A stretch of DNA of 30,167 bases from Octopus sinensis (Eukaryota). The notes under the pieces were generated by a model. It was not told the origin of the DNA, did not search any database, and was given only the letters and a program-made list of their open reading frames with translations. Below, one piece after another: positions 26,582 through 30,167 of the stretch (positions are counted from its first letter, which is position 1; every line of letters starts with the position of its first letter). The stretch covers positions 1 to 30,167 of the forward strand of contig NW_021832632.1 in assembly GCF_006345805.1 (NCBI RefSeq), in the 5' to 3' direction. Both the position numbers and the translations under genes were made by a program.

Positions 26582-27073
26582 TTTATGTACGTATGTATGT
26601 ATGTATGTATGTATGTATGCATATATGGGTACAGGACATCACCAACGGTTCAAACAACATGAAATACGTAAACAGACGGGTTAAATACACAAACAACGAG
26701 AGAAAATGAGGAACAGGAAAAGTAAACACCTTCATTAGTTGTCGCCTGTCTATCTCCTCCTCATTTCGAGCATTCAACGACAAAATGAATCTTCATAGTT
26801 GCACCCATATATTCTAAAATAAAATTTAGAATTTATGAAGGGTCAAAGTTAGGAACAAAAGTATGACAGTGGAGACATACAAGGAAACCAAACGAAAACA
26901 TGGATGTCATTAGACTAGAACAAGAGGAAAATAGTGAACGCTGTGAGAAATATTCTTTTGAAAAGAGAGAAAAAATAGAAGAGAGAGAAAAAATAAACGT
27001 CCGCTCTATTGAACGTATGTGCAGGAAGAGCCTCCATGTTTGTTTTCGTTTGGTTTCCTTGTATGTCTCCACT

Positions 27074-28440
27074 TCGTGGCAATCTCCTATTCTTGGATTG
27101 CAAACGCATAGCCTTCAAAGTGTAATGTGATATAGTGGTCTTGTGTCCAAGAGAGGCTGCGCTTCGTGTCAATTCTACTGTCTTCTTCAAGCTTCCGGGC
27201 AACATACCCATGCATGGTCTCTTTTTGTATGTTGAGTGCTTTCCTACCAAGTCTTCTCTGAAGTAAGAGAGCCCAGCTGTTTTGGAGCTGTGTAGATCAT
27301 CAGGAAGAGAGTGTTTCTTGAGGAGTTCACTGCCAACTCGTACAATGTTGCTCACTTCACTTTTCAGGACTGCATTAATATATTTATTTTTGCTGCTGTT
27401 GTTTAGCAGGTGCTGCCTGAGTGATACCATACAGCATTCGAAAGCGGTCTGCACTGATCTCAGTCATTTACCATCTTCATTTCTTCTTAGGTAGAGCCTG
27501 TCAACAGCACTGTTTCTGTGGAAGTTCCCAGTTGTCAGGATTTTGCGGGTTTTGATATCTATGGAGTGGATTTCCTCTACAGACCAATCAAGTATCCCAA
27601 ATTTTGGGATCAGCGCTGGTACTGCAAATGCATTGTGGGATATTGTTTTGTTGTAAGAGGAGGTCACTCTATCTTTATTCCCATTGCCTTCATATGATAC
27701 ATTTTCGTCTATGCATAGGTACTTGTAACATTCTTAGCGTGGAATGGGGGACATAGAGTGACCGTTGATGCACAGGTTTTGAGTTTGGAGGATTGATTTT
27801 CCTCGTCCTATAACCAAATATGAACATTTCTGTTGGCCAAATTCCATGCCTATAACAGCTGAAAAAATTCTAGTTGTTTTTTGGCATTGTTAACACTTTT
27901 AACATAAATCTTCAAGTCGTCTACAAACAAATTATGAGTTACATTGATATACCTGGCAGTTGAAGTTCCTAGCATGTAACCATTTGTTTTCTGCAGTAGT
28001 AACGATAGTGGATTCAGTGCCAAAATGAAAAGAAGTACAGAAAGTCTACCTCCCTGGAATATTCCCTTTGCAATTAAAGTAGAAGGTACCTTTGCCAGAT
28101 GTAGGCACTTCAACAGCCATGAATGAGATATAGAGTCGAATGTCTTCTTATAGTGAAGCCATACTGTCACAAGGTTTCTGCGTTGTTTTCTTGCTTCAGA
28201 CAGAACAGCTTTGTTTATTAAAAGTTGTTCAGTACATCACCACATTCCCTTCTTTCCATCTGCCTGTTCATCGGTCACTATGTTGTCCGACTCACAATGA
28301 TCCTGGAGGAATTGGCTGAAGCAATTTGTGTACAGTTTGTACTTAATGTTTAGGCAAGCAATGGCCCTTAGTTTCCTGCCATCTCGGTGATTTCATTTTT
28401 GGCCAAAAGATTTGTCCTTGCTGTAGCAAGCCAAAGTGCT
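27074..28440 (-). mobile_element. Decayed R4/Dong-clade non-LTR retrotransposon reverse transcriptase fragment
   Basis: Frames with stops and frameshifts give WLATARTNLLAK, CTEQLLINKAVL, WLHYKKTFDSISHSWL, KGIFQGGRLSVLLFILALNPLS, NLFVDDLKIY, FGILDWSVEEIHSIDIKTRKIL, VDRLYLRRNEDG and FEGYAFAIQE*EIATK. These are RT domains plus the post-RT region typical of RLE-type R4/Dong elements. Confidence 0.85.
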
Positions 28441-29622
28441 AAATCAGTCTGACCTCTTGCAGGTGAGTATGACTCGGTAATTTGTACCACGATTTGCTAG
28501 TAGTATTACTACCCATTTGCGAGTAGTTTTACTACTATTCACGCGCATAAACACACACACACAAGGTGATGCTGTATTCACAACTGGTTATTTCAGTCTC
28601 ACTTTACTCAAAGTTTCGTGAGTGAAAGGAAATTGTAAAAGGAATTCAAATATGGATTTTAGGTGAAAATAGTTGGGATCCTATCGGTTGATGCATGTGA
28701 CGTCTGCGAAAGTAACATGAAAAATGCACTATGTACGGGGTCATACTGAGATTAAATATTGTGAGCCTGAGCAATGGTCGGACTTGCTCAAGCTTACAAC
28801 CATCAGAGGATGGTGTGTATGTGTGAGTGTGTGTGTATGTGTGTGTGGGTATGTTTCTGTGTGAGTGTATATGTGTATGGGTGTTTGCATTTGAAAAGAT
28901 GTTTTGAATTTTTTGTAATCTTAGCAAACACATTTCTAATGAAATCCCGTTTCATTAGAATTTTTCACTTTGATTTATAAATATGTACTAACAGGTTTTT
29001 CATAAATACTTTTGTTTTAAATCTCACAAAATTTGTGCCAAGACATTAGTTTGGCTCTTAATGAGAGCTAACAGTGCTATCTCACTACAAAAAGAAAAAG
29101 TAAAAAGAAAAAGTCACATAGCATTAAGTAATCAAATATTTTGACAATGAGGGAACTTTATTTTGTTATCTCAAAAACGCTTACGTGTAATTCAATCTGA
29201 AATAAGCAGCTATAATTTATTTATTATGGCGTTAGCTCGCAGACAGCCATAACAAGAACCAAAGAGCTGGGCTTTTATTTGATCTTTGCTTACTTAACGT
29301 GCTCTATAAACGAGCAAGACTATGTACAAAAAGAAACTGACAAAAGGAGCAAGAGTTGTAATAGAATTAAATATTGCGAAAATGTTTACTTGAGAAATGA
29401 CAATATTTGATGACCATTTTGATACACACTGTTGTTACATCAAGGAAGAAGTTCAAACAGAAGCCCAGAACAGAAGAGATCTATTTTACCTAAAGCTAAA
29501 TATGCTGATAATCTCGTGAATATTTTCACATAAACTTAAATTTGTAAGCGTTAGTTCAATACAAACCAGAGCCAAATATGGGCCAGATAGTGTTGCATAA
29601 ATAACTATCCAAACCTTTGAGG

Positions 29623-29779
29623 GTGTATGTATGTATGTATGTATGTATGTATGTATGTATGTATGTATGTATGTATGTATGTATGTATGTATGTATGTGT
29701 GTATGTATGTATGTATGTGTGTATGTATGTATGTATGTATGTATGTATGTATGTATGTATGTATGTATGTATGTATGTA
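29623..29779 (+). repeat. (TATG)n microsatellite; a second run extends to the window end (30082-30167)
   Basis: Direct reading. Confidence 0.95.
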
Positions 29780-30167
29780 TCGAAGAATTACAGTCTCTGC
29801 TCACAAAGTGGACTGCAGCAATCATTCAAACAATTTTTTCGCAGAGATTTTTTTAAATCGAATTTTCACCGGAAATACCGAGTCTTGCTTAAATCAAGGG
29901 AAGAGGCTCCGGGAATCGAAACCACGATCGCACTGTAAACAGCGGAAGTGAGCTAAAACGTTAAAACTTAGTGCGCATGCACACCAGAGTTTAAGGTCAA
30001 TCTGTACCAAGGGGCTTCACTCTGCGTGCTTTAGCTTCGTAACTATAGGAATAGTCAGGATACTTATTGATCAGACCACATATGTATGTATATGTGTATG
30101 TATGTATATATGCTTGCATGTATGTATGTATGTATGTATGTATGTATGTATGTATGTATGTATGTAT

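Overview
AT-rich eukaryotic genomic DNA dominated by microsatellites and retroposons. The SINE types and simple-repeat load look like a coleoid cephalopod, most likely Octopus (inference). I can support one real coding segment: a 2.24-kb minus-strand first coding exon (16094 to 13856) encoding about 746 aa of Ser/Thr/Pro-rich sequence. It ends in a C2H2 zinc finger closely resembling finger 1 of Huckebein and is cut by a phase-1 GT intron in the TGE(K/R)P linker. I could not find the remaining fingers in the window, so bases 1-13855 are probably intron. The rest is repeats: two tRNA-derived SINE families (about 20 copies or fragments, one nested), two decayed R4/Dong-type non-LTR retrotransposon relics, an (AAT)n-flanked repeat, Penelope-like remnants with hammerhead-ribozyme-like motifs (2026-2060 and 25689-25815, plus a degenerate relic), a 1.3-kb foldback element with about 105-bp inverted ends, and a 575-bp direct-repeat-bounded unit. 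Almost all other listed ORFs are microsatellite or antisense artefacts. All family assignments are by eye and from memory of consensus motifs; no searches were run.
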